Assembly (NCBI GenBank): GCA_947467435.1
Contig: CANIIA010000003.1
Span: 12,215 to 76,214 of the forward strand
DNA: 64,000 bases
Direction of reading: 5' to 3'
Source: Betaproteobacteria bacterium
Lineage (GTDB): Bacteria; Pseudomonadota; Gammaproteobacteria; Burkholderiales; SG8-39
A model generated the notes under the pieces. It searched no databases and had not been told where the DNA came from. It saw only the letters and a program-made list of their open reading frames with translations. Position 1 is the first letter of the stretch, and every line of letters begins with the position of its first letter. Below are positions 61,929 to 64,000 of this stretch, one piece after another. A program made the position numbers and the translations under genes.

Positions 61929-64000
61929 TTAGGTGTGCAACAAACGCCAGATCTTTTCAGCCGTGATCGGCATTTCAATTTGCGTCACACCGTGTTCAGC
62001 CAATGCATCGATGACTGCATGCACGATCGCCGGAACTGCACCAATTGTTCCGATCTCACCACATCCTTTCACGCCAAGTAAGTTGGTCGTGCACGGCACG
62101 GTTTCATCGAAATGGCTCTCTAACTGCATCGGCATATCGTCTGCACGTGGCACGGTGTAATCCATCAGCGAGCCCGTGAGCAACTGACCGGAATCGGCAT
62201 CGTATGTCACCGCCTCCATCAATGCTTGACCAAGGCCTTGGGCAATGCCTCCTTGCACCTGACCTTCGACAATCATGTGATTGATGATCCGTCCGATGTC
62301 ATCGACCGAAGTCATCGCCACCACCTGAACCACACCAGTTTCAGGATCGATTTCAACCTCGGCCACTTGTGCACCATTAGGCCACGAGGGCGATGATGGC
62401 GTTTCGGTGGCTGTGACGCGAATACGTTTTTCGGATTGCTGACTTGCCAGTTGCGCTAAACCGATTTGACGATCGGTGCCTGAAATATGAAATACGCCTG
62501 CACGATATTCGATATCACTGAGCGCCGCTTCCATTGCATCAGCGGCCAATTCTTTTCCACGCGCAATCACTTTACGGCCCGCAGACACGACGGCGGATCC
62601 ACCCACAAATGCAGAGCGCGAACCAACACTCCCCACCCCATTGGCACGATCGGTATCACCTTGCACCAACTGCACTGATTTCGCGGGCAGCTGAAGCACT
62701 TCAGTAATCAGTTGAGTGTAAGTCGTTTGCAAACCCTGCCCCATGGCCATGGTGCCGGAAAAGACCGTCACATGACCTTCAGCATCGACTTCAATATCTA
62801 CGGTCTCGGTCAGTAGCGCACCGGTCCATTCGATATAACTCGACAAACCACGACCACGCAACTGACCACGCTTTAACGAGGCCGCCCGACGCGCTTCAAA
62901 TCCCGACCAATCGGCCGCCTCAACAGCGCGTTGTAACACGCGCGCGAACTCACCTGTATCAAACACATCACCCAACGGTGCGCGGTACGGAAACGCGTTT
63001 GGCGTGATCATGTTTTTTTGACGCAACAGCACTGGATCGATGCGCATTTCACGCGCAGCACTTTCAATCAAGCGCTCCATCAAGTAATTGGCCTCCGGAC
63101 GACCCGCGCCGCGATAAGCCCCGGTGGCCATGGTGTTCGTCAGCACACATCGAATACGGTAATCAACCGTCGGTATGTCGTATACCGACGTCTGCACTTT
63201 GGGGCCAAGCATCAATGGGACCATCGCCGATGAACCCACCGGTAATGCGCCGATGTTGCAAATCATGTCCATCTTCAACGCCAGAATGCGGCCCGTTGCA
63301 TCTAACGCCATCGCGGCGTCGAAATGTTGATCACGGCCCATGTGTCCTGCCAAAAACTCTTCACTGCGATCGGCACGCCAACGCACAGCACGTGCGAGTT
63401 GACGCGCGGCAAAACACAACACGGCATCTTCTGGATATAAACCCGTCTTCATGCCAAAGCCACCACCCATATCACCAACCATCACACGAAAATCTTCGGG
63501 TTTGGTTTTAAACACTGCGGCTAATAAGTCGCGTGTCCCGGTGGGCTGTTGCGATTGTGTGTGCAAGGTCCATCGACCGCCTTCAAACTGCGCCATGCTT
63601 GCGCGCGGCTCAAGGGCAAACGCCATCAATCGCTGGTTGTGTAATTTGAGATGCGTGACATGTGCGGCCTTTGCAAACGCAGCAGCTGTTTTGTCGGCAT
63701 CACCATGCCGCGTCTCTGCAGCAATATTGTCCGGCGCTTGTGGCCAAATCACCGGGGCATCGGCGAGCAGTGCACGATGTGGTTCGACCACGCAAGGTAA
63801 CTCCACGTAATCAATCATGACCTGTTCTGCGGCGTCCTGTGCTTGCGCTCGCGTGTTGGCTACGATGGCAACCACCGGGTGTCCCACATACAGCACACGA
63901 TCTTGCGCCAACGGCGTACGCAAGGGCGCGGCCATCGGCGTTCCGTCAGCACGCTTAAAGATTGGTGGCACGGGAATGTGCCCCACGCCGTGCGCCGCAA
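61929..64000 (-). CDS. xanthine dehydrogenase family molybdopterin-binding large subunit (second copy); N-terminus beyond the right window edge
   Basis: 'GGGFGMK' and C-terminal 'VKGCGEIG' blocks. The frame is open from 63986 to base 64000, so the gene is truncated by the window. Confidence 0.85.
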   Translation of the reverse strand, partial: AAHGVGHIPVPPIFKRADGTPMAAPLRTPLAQDRVLYVGHPVVAIVANTRAQAQDAAEQVMIDYVELPCVVEPHRALLADAPVIWPQAPDNIAAETRHGDADKTAAAFAKAAHVTHLKLHNQRLMAFALEPRASMAQFEGGRWTLHTQSQQPTGTRDLLAAVFKTKPEDFRVMVGDMGGGFGMKTGLYPEDAVLCFAARQLARAVRWRADRSEEFLAGHMGRDQHFDAAMALDATGRILALKMDMICNIGALPVGSSAMVPLMLGPKVQTSVYDIPTVDYRIRCVLTNTMATGAYRGAGRPEANYLMERLIESAAREMRIDPVLLRQKNMITPNAFPYRAPLGDVFDTGEFARVLQRAVEAADWSGFEARRAASLKRGQLRGRGLSSYIEWTGALLTETVDIEVDAEGHVTVFSGTMAMGQGLQTTYTQLITEVLQLPAKSVQLVQGDTDRANGVGSVGSRSAFVGGSAVVSAGRKVIARGKELAADAMEAALSDIEYRAGVFHISGTDRQIGLAQLASQQSEKRIRVTATETPSSPSWPNGAQVAEVEIDPETGVVQVVAMTSVDDIGRIINHMIVEGQVQGGIAQGLGQALMEAVTYDADSGQLLTGSLMDYTVPRADDMPMQLESHFDETVPCTTNLLGVKGCGEIGTIGAVPAIVHAVIDALAEHGVTQIEMPITAEKIWRLLHT

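Noticed and set aside
1-64000. Looked for CRISPR arrays, tRNA/rRNA genes, IS elements, integrases, toxin-antitoxin pairs and defence-system hallmarks
   Set aside because: No intergenic region exceeds about 240 nt, and none shows tRNA-like arms or spaced direct repeats. No ORF shows transposase, integrase, restriction-enzyme or abortive-infection motifs. The only tandem repeat (51-86) is coding and far too short to be a CRISPR array.

Overview
This is a densely coding chromosomal segment of about 60 genes. It looks betaproteobacterial (Burkholderiales-like). That call is an inference from two Bug/TctC-type binding proteins, a phaC-phaA-phaB-phaR cluster, prfB-lysS and rluD-pgeF/bamD synteny, and an RpfE-like gene next to recJ. 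I found no rRNA, tRNA, CRISPR array, transposase, integrase or phage genes.

Layout:
- 1-17.3 kb, housekeeping: an edge-truncated histidine phosphatase missed by the ORF track, alpha/beta hydrolase, comEC, lolCD, a DnaQ-exonuclease/GIY-YIG fusion, an unknown protein, recJ, an exported methyltransferase, yaeQ, prfB with its +1 frameshift, and lysS.
- 17.3-41.5 kb, accessory catabolic island: a 16-gene same-strand array. It runs 2OG oxygenase, TRAP transporter, three-subunit molybdenum hydroxylase, ABM protein, GST-zeta isomerase, then NadC-like phosphoribosyltransferase, OMP-decarboxylase-like protein, HAD, aldehyde dehydrogenase, amidohydrolase, CinA-C/PncC-like protein and COG0523 GTPase. It is flanked by an SDR, an amidase, MarR and a four-component NagG-like Rieske monooxygenase.
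- 41.6-54.4 kb: two divergent DMT transporters, a thiolase, rimO, a PHA cluster with tandem phaB paralogues, a ZIP transporter, pgeF, rluD and bamD.
- 54.5-64 kb: a DinG/YoaA-type helicase with no canonical start codon, an NlpC/P60 lipoprotein, a Fur-box-controlled Fe3+ ABC transporter whose permease gene is inverted, tonB, and a second, edge-truncated molybdenum hydroxylase subunit.

The best candidate for undescribed biology is the nucleotide-type module (type II PRTase, OMPDC-like, HAD, PncC-like) embedded in what otherwise looks like an N-heteroaromatic acid catabolic operon. All functional calls come from motif and family recognition by eye. No database search was possible.
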